Origin: Vitrella brassicaformis CCMP3155
Lineage: Eukaryota; Protista; Chromerida
NCBI GenBank assembly: GCA_001179505.1
Contig: CDMY01000308.1
Coordinates: forward strand, 62,001 to 126,000
Length of the DNA stretch: 64,000 nt
Reading direction: 5' to 3'
In this document: piece by piece, positions 1-14,226 of the stretch
Position numbering within the stretch: the stretch's first letter is position 1
Layout of the letters: the number at the start of each line of letters is the position of its first letter
Program-made: the position numbers and the translations under genes
The notes under the pieces: generated by a model
Told to the model about the DNA's origin: nothing
Seen by the model: the letters and a program-made list of their open reading frames with translations, nothing else
Database searches by the model: none

Positions 1-3000
1 AAGCCAACAGGACCACGCGTGATCAGACATATGAGCAAATGGTCAACCCCCCCTCTCTCCCTCTGTGTGTGTCTGTGCACAGCACCGTCCCAGCAGCGAC
101 ATATTTCCCGAGGTCATGATTCCGGGAAAGGACTTCGTCGCGCTCACGGGTACCCATCCACGCCCACGCGCACAGATGTGTGTCTGTGGTTGTGACGCCT
201 GGCACAAACAATCAACGTGTGTGGTGTGGTGCATGCAGCCCATGACGTCCCGACGACCTTCAGCGACCACGAGGCCAAGAAGAAAAAGATCGAGGGGTTC
301 CTGACCGACACCGAAATCAGAGAGAGAAAGGGCAAACCGGGCGTCCACCGAGAGCTGGTCCCCTGGACAGCAGGTGCGAATCGGCCGGACTCGCACACAC
401 CTGTTGTGTCTTCTGTTCTGTGATGTCGTGTCCATGAGAGTGTGTGTGGGGTATGGTGATGGAATGGGTGCAGACGGGGACCATGCGCCGCCGCACGCCA
501 AGCATGGCGTCTCCCTCACTCTTGAGGACGTGTAGGCATCCACCCACACATCCACAATGCTGGTATCTGGTGTGTACGAGTGTGGCATATGTGTGTGTGT
601 GTGTGTGTGTGTGGCGGCGGGGGCTGCAGGAACCCCGTGCGCGCGGGCGAGCGGTGGGACCAGTTCACCGCCAACGAGAGGCTCTATGGCGTAAAGACCA
701 GTTTCAAAGAAGAGTACGGAAGCAGTAGTGAGAGGGCAAGACCCTCTCTCACACACACGCACGCACACTCGTGTGTGCGTCGTTCGTATGTGTAGGCTCT
801 ACACCACCAAGCTGGACCTCCGGGAGGTGCCCGAGGAGGTGCAGAAGAAAGCCGAACTCCTCGCCAGAGAAATCGAAACCGTACGCTCTCTCCCTCTCTC
901 TCTCTCTCCCGACTCACGCACCCTCACACACACACATCCACACGCACGTGTGCCTGCAATCGACTCCATGCTTGCATGCAGGGCGGCAACACCACGGCCG
1001 ACCCCGAGCGCGCCGTCGAGGGTATTGACGACGAAGAACTCCAATTCTCTGCCGTCGCCGGTCAGTTGTGTGAACCACACGAACCACACAACACCCTCCC
1101 CCCCTCTCCACACGCACACACACACTGACACTGACACATCCATCCCTTCACACACAGGTACGGGTGGCTACGCGACGGATGCGTCTGGCAATCCCCGCGG
1201 CCCGCGTGGCCGCGGCCAGCCGCCTGGCGAGAGGGGGGCGCTGGGCATGGGGCGGGGCGAGCCGAGGGGAAGGGGCAAGGTGAGTTGAGTGGATGGATGG
1301 ATGGATGTGGTGTGTGTGGTGTGTGTGGCTGGATCCATCCGTCCGTCAGGCTGGTGCGAAGGCCAACGGGCCAGCAAGGGGAATGTCGGGGCCTGCAGGT
1401 GATCACAACACACGCCGCTGTCACTGTGTACGTGTACGCCTTACCTGTGTGTGTGTGTGTGTGTGTGTGTAGATGCGGCGGCGCTTGAGCGTGCTGCCAG
1501 GGAGGAGGAAGAGCGCGCAGCCGCTGCCAGACGGGGTACTAAGATACCAACACCACTACCCACACAAGCAATCACACCGTGTTTTGTGCTTTGGCCTGTG
1601 TCTTCCTGTGTGTGCAGGGGAGTCTGAGGCTTTGCAGGGCGGGGTGCAGCCTGATTTCACTGGTATGCGCGACGACACCCATCCATCCATTCATTCGTCC
1701 ACAGAATCCTTTTGTGGACCTGTGTGTGGCTGTGCGTGTGTCCATGTGTGTGTGTGTGTGTCATCAGGGAGCTACCGCAAGGCCCGCGGTATGCTGGTGG
1801 CCAGCCCCAACAGAGCACCCATCGGCACCGGAGAGATGAAGGTACCCACCCACACATAGCAGAGAGACATGTGTGTGTGAGTGTCTGTGTGTGTCGGTGG
1901 CGCAGGGCATCAACGCGTTGAATTTGGAGCCCGCGCTGCCCAAGCTGGATGACATCACACGGAACGAGTGGATTCAGTTCAAGCAGAACCAGACCAGGGT
2001 AAATCCTCACCCCCCCAACACATGCCCACACACACCCACACGCACACACAAATGCATTCTAGCTCCCCTCTCTGCGTGTGTGTTGTGCCTGTCTGGTAGG
2101 CTGCCCGCGGAGCCACGCTGCCGGCCGATCGCAACAACGAGAAGAAAGAGTTCTTCAACTCGCTGGGACAGATCGACGCGCGACTCCAGTAGGCACCGCA
2201 CACACACACACATCACTCTCCCCTCCCATATACACACACAGCTGCATCGCTCCCACTATGTGTGGTGTGCCCAGAAGTCTCTCCAAGGGGAGCAAGGCCG
2301 AACCGACGCCTCGATCAGCGGCACCCAGAGAGCCGCCAAGACGACCTCCGCCCAACCAACTCAACGGGTGCACACACACACCCATCCCTCCCACACACCC
2401 CCAACACCCACACCCACACCCACACACCCATACACAACCACACCCACGCGCATGCAATCTTCTGTGTGCATCCATCGATCAGGCCGCCCAACGTTTCTGC
2501 TCACGGTGTGGGGATTTTGGGGTCGGGCCCCGACGACCCGCAGAGCGCGTCATACCTGCAGGCGGGGGCGGCCGGTGCAGGTGGCGTGGGCGGGGTGACC
2601 ATGACACCCGCCCGCCACACCAAGGCGTCGACCAACATGGGAGTGCCGCCCTCACCGCTGCCTGGTGCGTCTTCGTGCGTGTGGGTGTGGGTGTGGGTGT
2701 AGATGAAGACATCTCTTTCTCTCTCTCTCTCTCTTTCTGTGTGTGTGTGTGTGTGTGTGAAGGTGCTATGCGCAACCCCCCTGGCGAGACGCCCGAGGGG
2801 CAGGAGGGCCTGCTGGCTGCTCCTGAGAGCGGTGAGAGTGTCCACATGCGGCAAGACACGGGCAGAGACACACACAAATTGACGCACGTCTCTCCTTTGT
2901 GTGTGTGTGTGTGTGTGTGTGATTGTAGTGAACGCGACGATATCTCCGATGTTGAGTGTGGCCCTCAACCAGATGAGGGACCAGGCTGTGGTGCAGCAGG

Positions 3001-4991
3001 TGGGCGGTGCTCAGGTATGCTCCCCCACCCACCACCCACGTGTCTTCACACCTGGGCAACTGGTTTTGTGTGTTGGTGCGTGTGTGCGTGTGCAGATTCA
3101 CGCGTTCCCTGACGCTGCTGCTGCTGCTGCTGCTGCTGCCGCGGCTGCTGCCGCTGCTGCCGCAAGTGGTCCGGCATCGCCCGACGCACCATTGCTCACA
3201 CACCCGCCAAGTGCACAGGTACGAAGCGGACACTTTTACACACACACACCCACACACACGGACACATTGTGTGTTTTTGTGTGTGTGCACAGGCACAGCC
3301 ACAGGGGGTGACGCTGCACCACCAGCTGACCAAGGTACGTACGTGCCGACGTGCCGATGCAGCTCTCCTTCTCCTCCTTCTGTGTCGATGTGTCCATGTG
3401 TCTCTGTCTCTCTCTTGCCCTCCTCTCCCGATTGGATTGCAGCAAGACTCATCCAGTGCGTTCAAGTTCAACCCCAACGCCAACGCCTTCACGCCCACGA
3501 ACCACGCGGGCAACCCGATGCAGCAACAGGGTCAGTGGTGCACACAACACACAAACACACACACACGGGGGGGCTTGTAAATGCTCATCGATGGTGTGTG
3601 TCTTGTGTGTGGGTGTGTGGGTGTGTGCAGGGAGGGGTTCGTCGGACAGTTTGGCTGCCGCTGCGGCCTTCGAGGGGGTGCCGGCAGCTGCTGCTGGTAC
3701 ACACACACACGCACACACACACACATGGAGCCAAGCAACACACATTCACTATCTCTCCCTCTGTGTGCGGTGTGTTGTGCAGGCGGGCCGCCGCCCATGG
3801 CGGCTCAGCCGGGCGACCTGCAGCCAGCACAGACAGCCGCCATGATACAACAGGTGGGTGGCTTCTTGCGTCATGTACTTGCACCTGTGCGCCTACACGT
3901 CTGCTCGTATGTGTGTGTGTGTGTGTGGATGGGTCAATCAGTGGTTGGCACAAACGGGCGGCGGGGCGGTGGGGATGCCACCGGGCGGCATTCCACACCC
4001 AAATATATTCCAACTCGCTCAGGTACAGACTCACACACACACACACAGAGAGAGAGAGAGCTTTCATATGTGTATGTCTGCGTGTGTGCAGATCTTGAAC
4101 CCCGCAGGCATCCCGATGCCGCAAGCCCCGCAGGGGCCACCGCCCAACCTGCCACCCAAACCCGAGAGATACGAGAGCCTCATTGAGGTATGCACGCACG
4201 TGTGGATTGCTGCAGACACGCCCACAGACGTGTGTGTGTCTTCGTGTGTGTGTAATGTGTGTGTGTGTGGACAGGGAGAGGGCGGTGAGGGCCGCCCTGC
4301 TCGCGGGCGTAAGGTGCTGGAAGAGTTCCTGGAGCCTTCTTTTTCGGTATAGGTGTATATCGATCCATCCATCCACACATCATTCTTCGTGCGCGTGTGT
4401 GTGTGTGTGTGTGTGTGCAGAGGGCATTGACTGAGTCGTGTGAGAAGACCTCGTCGTGGACTGTCAACGAGCAGCTCTCATACAAGACCATCCTCGGCGA
4501 GATCCCACCTACCAACAGTACCCACACACGCACAGACGCACAGACGCCAGACACACAACATGCCCATGCCCATGCACCTTGTCGCATTCACGTGGACGTA
4601 TGCGCCAGATGCGAGTCTGATCCCGGGTTTCCACGGGCTGCCATTCCCAATACCGAGCCTATACCAGGTACCCTCNNNNNNNNNNNNNNNNNNNNNNNNN
4701 NNNNNNNNNNNNNNNNNNNNNNNNNNNNNNNNNNNNNNNNNNNNNNNNNNNNNNNNNNNNNNNNNNNNNNNNNNNNNNNNNNNNNNNNNNNNNNNNNNNN
4801 NNNNNNNNNNNNNNNNNNNNNNNNNNNNNNNNNNNNNNNNNNNNNNNNNNNNNNNNNNNNNNNNNNNNNNNNNNNNNNNNNNNNNNNNNNNNNNNNNNNN
4901 NNNNNNNNNNNNNNNNNNNNNNNNNNNNNNNNNNNNNNNNNNNNNNNNNNNNNNNNNNNNNNNNNNNNNNNNNNNTCATTGGCCGTATTCC

Positions 4992-5024
<33 letters not shown>

Positions 5025-6667
5025 TGTGAATGTCACAGATGCACGCTGCGGCAGGTCAGCTGCCCGGGTTCTACCCTGTGCCAGCCCCGGGCCACCCCGG
5101 AGGAGTGCCGCCCACGGCCATCCCCAACCCTCCGGCGCACATGCCGCCCAACGCGCCAATGACAAACCCACCGACGCACCCACAACGTACCGATCCATCA
5201 CACACGAACGCGCCGCCATTTTGTCCATGTGTGCGTCTCTCTCTCTCTCTCTCTCTCTGTGTTGGTTTGTGTGTGGCATCAACTCGCAGCACGTCCCATG
5301 ACCATGAACCAGCCGCCGCCCACGCCGAGCAGCACCAGCGCGTCGCTCGGGGGTCCTCCGTCGATGCCCAGCATGCCGCCGCCACACGCGGGACACAATC
5401 CCTACGCCCAGGCGCAGCAGGCGCACATGCACATGGCGGGCCAACAGGTGTGTGCTTCCACTCACACACAGACAGATGCATCATTCACTGTGTGTGTGTG
5501 TGTGTGTGTGTGATGTGGGATGGTTGTCCGTCTGTCTGTCTGTCAGCCACACGCGCCCACGCAGGTCGGAGCGAGCAACCCCCACGCACCCCACCCCGGG
5601 TCACACCAGCCTCACGGCGGGCATGGCGGCACCGGTGCCGGCCATCACAGCACGCCCTCGCAGGGAGTGCAGGGGGGCGTCCTGCCCACCCCTCCGGTAT
5701 CCTGTGCACCTGCACACGACACAACACCTCCTCTCTCACCCTTCTGTGTGTGTGTGCAGATGTCGTCTCCGAGCAAGCATGGCGGTCCGGGGTATGGGCA
5801 GCACGGGGGGCCGCCTGCGCACACGCCTCCCCCACACAGCCATCCGCCGGCACACCCACCGGCGCACTCGCCACCGCCCAGCCACCCGCCACCGAGTCAC
5901 CCGGGGCACCACCATGGGCATCATCCTGGCACGTATAGCGGCCACACCAACATGATGATGGGCGGTCCTCCGCATCCTGCCTCAACACAGGTACCCATAC
6001 ACACACACACACACCCTCTCGCACCATCACCAGGACCACCACTTCTGTGTGTGTGTGTGTGTGTTGTGTGTCAGGGCGCCCCGACGGGCAGCAGTCAGTC
6101 GAGTCCGTTCCCGTCGACGCCGTCCCTCTCTGCGCCGATGTACCCGCCACACTCGCAGCCGACGCACCACCCCGGGCCGCCCATGCACGCCCAGCAGCAG
6201 CAGCCGTCACAGCAGCACGGCGGTGGACACCACCAGGGGCACCACATGCACCCCCACCAGCAGCAGGGCGGACACGTAAGCCCTCCCTGATAGAGACACA
6301 CCACAACCACCACCACCACCACCCAAACACCCACCATCTGTCCCTCTCTCTCTGTGTTTCTCTGCATCACCAGTACAACGGTCGTGACTCGGGCAGCATC
6401 CCCTCGCGCACCCTGCAAATGGGCGGCGGGCCTCCCGTGCCGACTCACGCAACCCACCCGTCACAACACCCAGCAGCCATGGTGGGGCACAATGCCATGG
6501 GCGGCCCTGTGGCCCCGAGAGGCCGTGGGGACGACAGGGGCGACAGGGACAGGGACAGGGAGAGAGATCGCCCGGAGGGCTCTGGGCGACACGACTCCCG
6601 CGGCGGCCAGGGGGGTGGCGGCGGGGGGTACCAGCAGCAGCAGCAGGGGGGGCCTGGCCATGACTGA
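1..6667 (+). CDS. ATXN2: Ataxin-2/Pbp1 homologue (Lsm tail, LsmAD, PAM2, low-complexity Pro/His/Gln/Gly C-terminus); multi-exon, 5' end lies outside the window
   Basis: Exons encode FLTDTEI, RELVPW, WDQFTANERLYGVKTSFKEE and LYTTKLDLREVPEEVQKKAELLAREIE (LsmAD consensus), plus FKFNPNANAFTP (PAM2). Stop after QQQQQGGPGHD at 6667. One assembly gap (4676-4975) falls in an intron. Confidence 0.92.
3114..3164 (+). repeat. Coding (GCN)17 repeat, poly-Ala tract in ataxin-2 exon
   Basis: Eight pure GCT codons followed by mixed GCC/GCG/GCT/GCA; 17 Ala in total. Confidence 0.9.
3461..3496 (+). other. PAM2 (PABP-interacting) motif of ataxin-2
   Basis: FKFNPNANAFTP resembles the LNPNAxxFxP consensus. Confidence 0.85.
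4676..4975. other. Assembly gap (300 N)
   Basis: N run. Confidence 1.
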
Positions 6668-7271
6668 GATGGAGAGAGGGAGAGGGAGAGGGAGAGGGGG
6701 GTGGTTGCGTGTTTGGGGGAATGGTGTTTGTGGGAAAGGGCGAATGGCGGCAGAAATGTCTCCATTATTCAGTGTGGTTGGTGTGGTTGGTGGTGGGGAG
6801 GGAGAGGCTCGTGTGTGCGTCTGTGTGTGAGTGCCCGTCTGCCTGTCTGCCTGGCTGTCTGTCTCCCCGTGTGTGTGCGTGTGTTGCGTGCCTGAGTGAG
6901 TGTTTGTGTATGGGATGCGTGGCGACACACAGGATGGCTCGCTGGTATTGGTCTCTATGTGCTATGACGTGGGGAAACCTGCAAGGGGAGAGAGAGCGAG
7001 AGGGAGAGAGAGAGACTGTTTCCACACACACACACACACACGCACAATCACGTCACACACACACACACACCCGGCGTCCGTTGTCTGAGTGATGTCTGCC
7101 TGCCTTTGAAGCGAGGGTCCGTCAATCGTTGCCTGCCTGCCTGCCTGCGTGCGTGCCTGCGTCGTCCGTGCGTGAGGGCGTGTGCGCGTGTATTGCCTTC
7201 CTGTGCAGTGTTGTGTGGGAGAATGTATGCCTGCAGTCAGTGTGCATGGAGCGCCGAATACCCACCCCCGC

Positions 7272-7571
7272 NNNNNNNNNNNNNNNNNNNNNNNNNNNNN
7301 NNNNNNNNNNNNNNNNNNNNNNNNNNNNNNNNNNNNNNNNNNNNNNNNNNNNNNNNNNNNNNNNNNNNNNNNNNNNNNNNNNNNNNNNNNNNNNNNNNNN
7401 NNNNNNNNNNNNNNNNNNNNNNNNNNNNNNNNNNNNNNNNNNNNNNNNNNNNNNNNNNNNNNNNNNNNNNNNNNNNNNNNNNNNNNNNNNNNNNNNNNNN
7501 NNNNNNNNNNNNNNNNNNNNNNNNNNNNNNNNNNNNNNNNNNNNNNNNNNNNNNNNNNNNNNNNNNNNNNN
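7272..7571. other. Assembly gap (300 N)
   Basis: N run. Confidence 1.
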
Positions 7572-7773
7572 TCTGTAGCAGTAAGGACGTCGTCTCTTTG
7601 TATCAAGGACCGCACACACGCCCATCGGGTGAATGGATGGATGGATGGATGGATGGACGATGGACACACGGACACACTGGCGGATACAAGCTTGAACCAA
7701 CATGCAACCATCGAGTCAGTCGGGCCGTCTTCGTTCGTTAGTCCGTTTGTTTCCACGCATCACTCCCTGTTAA

Positions 7774-9740
7774 TCACGGCGGTGTGAGTGTGAGGTTCTG
7801 CTGCTGTCTGAGAGAGAGCGGCAGATCGAGGTCAAACAGCACCTGACCCTTGGCCTCGCGCATATTCTGCACCAACACACACAGACACCCACACACCCAC
7901 ACACCCACACACCCACACACATCCACAGACGACCAGCAGCCCCCCACACACCACTCTTACCGATAGCCACTGGTAGGCGAGCAGCTGGCTGATGTTGCCA
8001 TACCCCAAAGTCGTCTGAATGGCCCCACCACCACCACACACACACAGGTGACACGCACATAGCAGTCAGTGTCTGTCTGTCTGTCTGTCCAGGGATGCGC
8101 ACCCACCTGTACACTGCCGAGCGCCTCGGCCTGTTTCTGCAGTACGGTGGTGGTGGCCCGTGCTGAGTTGTTGGCCGTCAGGTAGGCACTCTCGCCCTCT
8201 GCTGTGGCCTGCACACCCACACATACACACACGTGTGTGTGGGGGGGGGGGGGGGGGGGNNNNNNNNNNNNNNNNNNNNNNNNNNNNNNNNNNNNNNNNN
8301 NNNNNNNNNNNNNNNNNNNNNNNNNNNNNNNNNNNNNNNNNNNNNNNNNNNNNNNNNNNNNNNNNNNNNNNNNNNNNNNNNNNNNNNNNNNNNNNNNNNN
8401 NNNNNNNNNNNNNNNNNNNNNNNNNNNNNNNNNNNNNNNNNNNNNNNNNNNNNNNNNNNNNNNNNNNNNNNNNNNNNNNNNNNNNNNNNNNNNNNNNNNN
8501 NNNNNNNNNNNNNNNNNNNNNNNNNNNNNNNNNNNNNNNNNNNNNNNNNNNNNNNNNNNGGGGGGGGGGGGGGGGGGGGCTCTCTCCCTCCCTCCCTCTC
8601 TCTCTCTCTCTCTTATGTGCTGGCGGTTTGCGTACTTCGATGATTCTTTGCTCTGCGTTGGTGGCCGACACGAGGGTCTCGGTCTCGGCGTTGATCAACA
8701 AGGCGCCACGGCGGTAGCTGACACACACACACACGTATGGATGGATGGATGGATGGATAGAAGAAATCCCCTTCAGTGGTTACAGCGCCTCTTGCTGCTC
8801 CTGTCTTCTTATTTCCAGCTCCTGGAGGAGAAGAAGAGACACACACGCACGAGACATACTCACACCACACACACATACACGGATGGGCGGAGAGACCTAC
8901 CTGGATGGCGTCTTCCAGCTCTTCAGGGAACTGCACATTGATGACCTGCACCACAACACACACCCACACCCGGAATACGTCACTCACACTCATACACAAA
9001 TGGACAACCACATGCGCACGTGTGCCTCCTTGCAGCGCATCTCGACTGACTCAAACATCCGCTTCAACGCCTGTGGGATGTCGGTGTGGACGCACTCATC
9101 AAGGAGACCTTCCACATGTGCACCGTGTGTAACCACATCATCCTCACGTACGTCGGTGAGAGTGTTGCCGATGCGCTGTCTGTCCGAGTAGAACTCGGTG
9201 GCGTTGTAGGTGGCCGCCACGTCGCGAATCGTCGACAGAGACACACTGACGGCCGGCACATTAGCGACAGTTACATGTGTGTGTGTGTCTTGCCCAGCCA
9301 TCGTGAGTGAGTGTTGCCTACGCCCTGACGAGGCCCTTCCAGTTTTCAGTGCCGATAAGCCGGTACAGCCTGCAACCATAGTGTGTCCACTAGTTGTTGC
9401 CGGGCTGTGATGTGGTTGGGTATCAGTGAGTGCCCCCCCNNNNNNNNNNNNNNNNNNNNNNNNNNNNNNNNNNNNNNNNNNNNNNNNNNNNNNNNNNNNN
9501 NNNNNNNNNNNNNNNNNNNNNNNNNNNNNNNNNNNNNNNNNNNNNNNNNNNNNNNNNNNNNNNNNNNNNNNNNNNNNNNNNNNNNNNNNNNNNNNNNNNN
9601 NNNNNNNNNNNNNNNNNNNNNNNNNNNNNNNNNNNNNNNNNNNNNNNNNNNNNNNNNNNNNNNNNNNNNNNNNNNNNNNNNNNNNNNNNNNNNNNNNNNN
9701 NNNNNNNNNNNNNNNNNNNNNNNNNNNNNNNNNNNNNNNA

Positions 9741-9772
<32 letters not shown>

Positions 9773-10721
9773 TTCTCGGCTTACCTGGTGAAGGATTCGA
9801 TGGTGTCGTCGAGCCCCAGGCGCATCTGTACCACCACCCCCATGACCATCGAGAGGCCATCCCTGTACACATACCACACACACGCACACACGAGTTCAGG
9901 CATTCTGTGTAGCATGTGTGTGTGAGTGAGTGAGTGAGGAGGGGGTCACCATGTGCGCACTGTGACATCCCCCTCAAACAGGGCCGGCACTTCGTCGCCT
10001 GCACACAAGCCATCCATCCATCCATCCGTCCACCGGGGCGGTGAGCACTCTCTACCTATGTGTGTGTGTGTGCGTGTGCATATGTACCGCTCTGCTGTCT
10101 CCTTCGGTATGCATCCTCGGCAAACAGCAGCAGATAGTCTGTAGCAGGGTAGCTGCACATGTGTGCGCACGCAGGCCAACACACAACAATTGCCAGGTGG
10201 GCAGCTTTTTCTGCTCTTTCTTCCAGGCCGGCAGGCCGGCACAGGCGGGGGCACTTACGTGAGGAACTCATGCCCAATCCCCACCAGGTTGCGCCCGCCG
10301 CGGAACAGCTTGTCGATGCTGACATCAGACGCAATGAACACCGTCGGTGATGGGTGTCTGTCTGTTTGGGTGGCATCTTACTTGAGCTGCTGTGTGTTGC
10401 GATTCACCTCTATGCCAAACTCATTCTGACAAAGGCACACGCACAAACACACAGAAGGACAAAGGATGCCCCTCATCGTCGTGGCCATCCATTCTTTCTG
10501 GCCGGCTGCAAATCAAATCACCAGACCGGTTCAAGCGTGACAAAGCAGGCGCCCAGCAGCGACACGCCCACGATCAGAAACGGGCAGAACTGCAGATAGT
10601 CAATGGATGGAACACACACACGCATCCATGTGCAGCACCGAGATCTCTCTGGCCGCCCGCCCGCTTGGCTTACGCATCCCAGCCCGATGAGGAGAAGCCG
10701 GTTTCGCTCCTCTGGCGTCAT
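7774..10721 (-). CDS. SPFH/band-7 (prohibitin/stomatin-like) membrane protein with N-terminal TM anchor
   Basis: Spliced start MTPEERNRLLLIGLGC|FCPFLIVGVSLLGACFVTLEP|NEFGIEVNRNTQQLNIDKLFRGGRNLVGIGHEFLT. Then TIRDVAATYNATEFYSDR, VINVQFPEELEDAIQ and an Ala/Glu-rich coiled coil (AEGESAYLTANNSARA). Stop at 7774. Two gaps fall inside the gene. Confidence 0.85.
8260..8559. other. Assembly gap (300 N) flanked by poly-G on both sides
   Basis: N run between G homopolymers. Confidence 1.
9440..9739. other. Assembly gap (300 N)
   Basis: N run. Confidence 1.
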
Positions 10722-10875
10722 TGCAGATCTGTCAGACTGCAATCATGTGCCATCAACAGGAGGCCCGGCTACCCAACATGCTCGTCACGGTCACCTCTTC
10801 TCAGAGCTCGCACCCATTGGCTCGCACTTTTCGAGAGGATATTCGAAAAATCATGGAAACCGACAGGTTCAGGCG
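10722..10875. promoter_or_regulatory. Candidate bidirectional promoter between SPFH (-) and TVP38 (+)
   Basis: 154 bp between divergent ATGs, no microsatellite, contains ATTGG (reverse CCAAT). Function inferred. Confidence 0.5.
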
Positions 10876-11616
10876 ATGATGTCATCCCCGACCCATTCAT
10901 CGCCCACCCGGCACAAAGAGGAGATGGCCTCTGCGTCATCCATCTCGTAAGCACGCCGCAAGGACGAACAGAACAGACCGTTCTCTCTCCCTCTTGCTGT
11001 GCGTGTGTGCATGGTGGATGCGCGTGCACCAATCAGGGCGCCTTGTGTGGGTGTGGACTACTACGAGGACAAGCGCCAGGTGTCGGGGCGGCATGTGGGC
11101 GTCCCGCTCGGCACCGCTGTCAGGAGGGAGAGCTCCTGGTGGCCCATCATGGTCGCACTAAAGGTATTGACGCACATGGACTCATGGATGTGACGCTGAA
11201 TGGGAGAAGGGAACAACCCATTTGCTGATTTGTGCGTGTGTGCTGTGTGTGTGGGGGTCTGTGTGTGTGTGTGTGTGTGAGACATGCAGGTGGTGTTGGC
11301 GGCAATCCTGATGCTTTGCCTGTTGACGGTGGTGTTCTCGTCCAATATAGTAGAGGCGTGGACAGAGCAGTTCCTCCTGTGGGTCAGTCAGGCTGGCACA
11401 CGCAGACATCACATGTATACCACGACTATGGCCCATGTGGGTGGGTGGGTGGGTGCGAGTGTGTGTGTGCAGGTCAAGAGGCGGCGGTGGATGGGCGCGC
11501 TGGTGTTCACTCTCACCTACTCATTCACCACTGTGTTCTTCGTGCCCGCAGAGGCACTGGTACAGACACTCGCACTCACACATACCAGATGGGTGTCTGC
11601 ACGTGTGTGAGGGTTC

Positions 11617-11653
<37 letters not shown>

Positions 11654-13031
11654 GGCAGACGATCGGCGGCGGCTACATCTTTACTCGGGTGTTCGGAGGG
11701 AAAGGTACGTGCATTGCGGTGCACAACGGAAGGCGTGTGTGGATCGGACATTACGTGTGTGTGTCTGTGGGTCCATGTGGTCGATCGATCCCTCATCAGG
11801 AGGCTTTGTGGTGGCTTTCGTGCTATGCTTCATCGGTGCCTATATCTGTACGAACCCATACAGTCACTCGCGCCCACCTACACAACACGTTTTCATGCGC
11901 CTTCCCTGTCTGTCTGCCTGCCTGTCTCTGCAGCGATGTTCATATGTTTCGTGATCTCTCGTTACCTGCTGTACAACTTCGTCCACGGCCTCCTGGCGCG
12001 ATATCGAACATTCAGAGCCGTCAACGACGGCATCAAACAAGGTGAGCGGGGTGGGCAGGGTCGGCAGCAAGCACCTGTGTATCTTTTTTCTCTCTATGTG
12101 TGCAGCTGGTATAAAGGTTGTCGCGCTATTGAGGCTGGCGCCAGTGGTGCCCTTCACAGTACGCATGGCATCCACACACCACACGCACCTGCGCGGATGC
12201 ACCTCTACTTGCGCGTATTTTGTGTTCGCGGTGTGTGTGTGTGCAGTTGCTAAATTACGTGTTGGGCACCACGAGCGTTTCGCTGAAGCACTACCTAATA
12301 GGCAGCATATTCTACTCGCCCAGTGAGAATGCAGTCGTGATGCACACATGGCAGACGCAACCAATACCCATACACACACGCGCTTCTTCGTTGTGTGGCT
12401 GTGCGTGTGTGCGTGATCAGTTCTGGGCGTTTACATATACGTGGGCTCCACCATGGCGAGAATATCCGACGCATCAAAATGTAACACACAGCACAGCAGC
12501 ACAGCAAAGACAGAGAGGGGGACGGTCTCACGCACGAGTGCCATGTGTGTATGTCACGCGTGCAGCCACGGGGCAGTTCTCGCACGGGCCATATTTCTGG
12601 GTCACTATCGGCGTCGGCTGTATCGTCTTTGTGGTAACAACAACAACAACCACACACACACACACAAAAACACATGGACGCCTCGCACACACACTCACTC
12701 ACTCACACGCCCCTCTCTGGATGGATGGATGGATGTGTGGTCTCTCTCAGTGTGCGGTGGTGTACATAGTCAATCTGACCCGGCAGCAGCTGCGGCTGTA
12801 CGACCAGCCCGACACTGAGAGGCTGCTCCCATCGGGAAGCGACCAGCGTACGCACACGCACGCTGATATGCAGCCATGCCCACACACATGCATCCCCCTC
12901 TCTGTGTGTATGTGTGCGCGTCAGCTGCTATCGCCATTCAGGAGTATGGCGGCCCCTATACCGAGCCGCTGTCGGCATCACGCAAGGAGCCGGCATACCC
13001 CGGGCAGCCGGACGTCAAGCGGCAATCGTAG
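10876..13031 (+). CDS. TVP38/TMEM64 family (VTT / SNARE-associated Golgi) membrane protein
   Basis: Exons encode WMGALVFTLTYSFTTVFFVP, IGGGYIFTRVFG, FVISRYLL, FRAVNDGIKQ, GIKVVALLRLAPVVPF, LLNYVLGTTSVSLKHY and YVGS, which are VTT-domain motifs. Stop TAG at 13031. Confidence 0.9.
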
Positions 13032-13639
13032 CTCCCAGCTCCTCGCTGATGTCTGCCTAGTGCGTGTGCGTGTTCTTTCTCGTCCCTCTTGTTTGTTGTG
13101 CAGCTTCCTGTCTGTGTGTGGTGCGTGGCGTGGGTGAATGGCCGCCGGGTTTTGACTTTTGCCCCCCCTTGGCTGCACACGTGTGCGTGTCTCTCAAGTG
13201 CGTAGGCGCGCGTGTGGGTTCGTCGTACGTACAATGATCCATGCACAGCACGCTGCTCTGTGTGCACGGGAGATATCTCTTGTCTGGGTGAGCGAGAAGC
13301 GACATTAGCACCATGGCCTGATGCATGAACACCCCCGAGCAAGAACACACGTCCACACAGCTATTTGTTTTATGTCGCTCAATCAGATCAGCCATGAGAT
13401 CAGCTGAGTAGTTGACAGACGCGTGTTTGCTGAAAGCAGATGCATCAACCAGATTTGTACCGCACAAACCATGACAAAAGTCGCGCACACGCACCATGTG
13501 AGCCAACCCCGCGCGGCCTCCCGGGCTCCAAAGCGATTGGCCCGCTCCTCGTTTACAGTTTGGCCGGGAGGAGAAGTCGAGAATTGCGGAGAAAGCACGC
13601 ATATCGCAACTGTCTCCTCAACTCACGTGGCCAGGTTTG

Positions 13640-14226
13640 GTGAAGATGTGCCGTATGTGGAGGATTTTCTCACCGCGGGCATCGCCAAGGCCGCCGTTGA
13701 GTGCTAGCACTGCCGTCTTCTCTGCGCAGCATGTGAAGCTCAGCCACAATCGCAATCATCAACCGCAAACAGCACAAGAAGGTCCGGCCTGCGGGTTGCT
13801 GGAACTGTGGGGATTTCCTGGTCTACAAGGCTTTGCGTGGATAAGCGTCTGCGATGGAGGGTTATATGGCTGACGCTGCTGGGAATCCTGGCGCTATATG
13901 GTCTTGCAGCTGCCATTTGGTTCGGGCTCGCTTTGAAGGAGCCCGAGGGCGAGCATCACCGTGAGACAGCTATGAGATGGCCTTCAACCATTCGTTTTCT
14001 TACGGTGATCTCCTCTTTTTGTGTGTCACTGCCAGCCACGGTCATCGATTTGTTTGCTGTCCGGCTCCTTAACACCTACCTCTATATTGCGGCGGCGCCA
14101 CGGCACTTCGGCATGCAGAGACAAAACCAACAGAGCAGGGACACCTTAACTACACAATCGAGGTCCGTGCTGCTCGGACAATTTAGGAGGGAGAAGAACT
14201 GCTCATCTGGTACCCGCTTGCTTTGA
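13640..14226 (+). pseudogene. Degenerate membrane-protein-like coding remnant
   Basis: Coding-like segments FGEDVPYVEDFLTAGIAKAAVE, ATIAIINRKQHKKVRP and RWRVIWLTLLGILALYGLAAAIWFG lie in different frames separated by stops. No family recognised. Confidence 0.35.

Noticed and set aside
1-13000. Many long six-frame ORFs rich in CV/HT/ER repeats
   Set aside because: They are translations of (GT)n, (CA)n and (GA)n intron microsatellites or run through N gaps.
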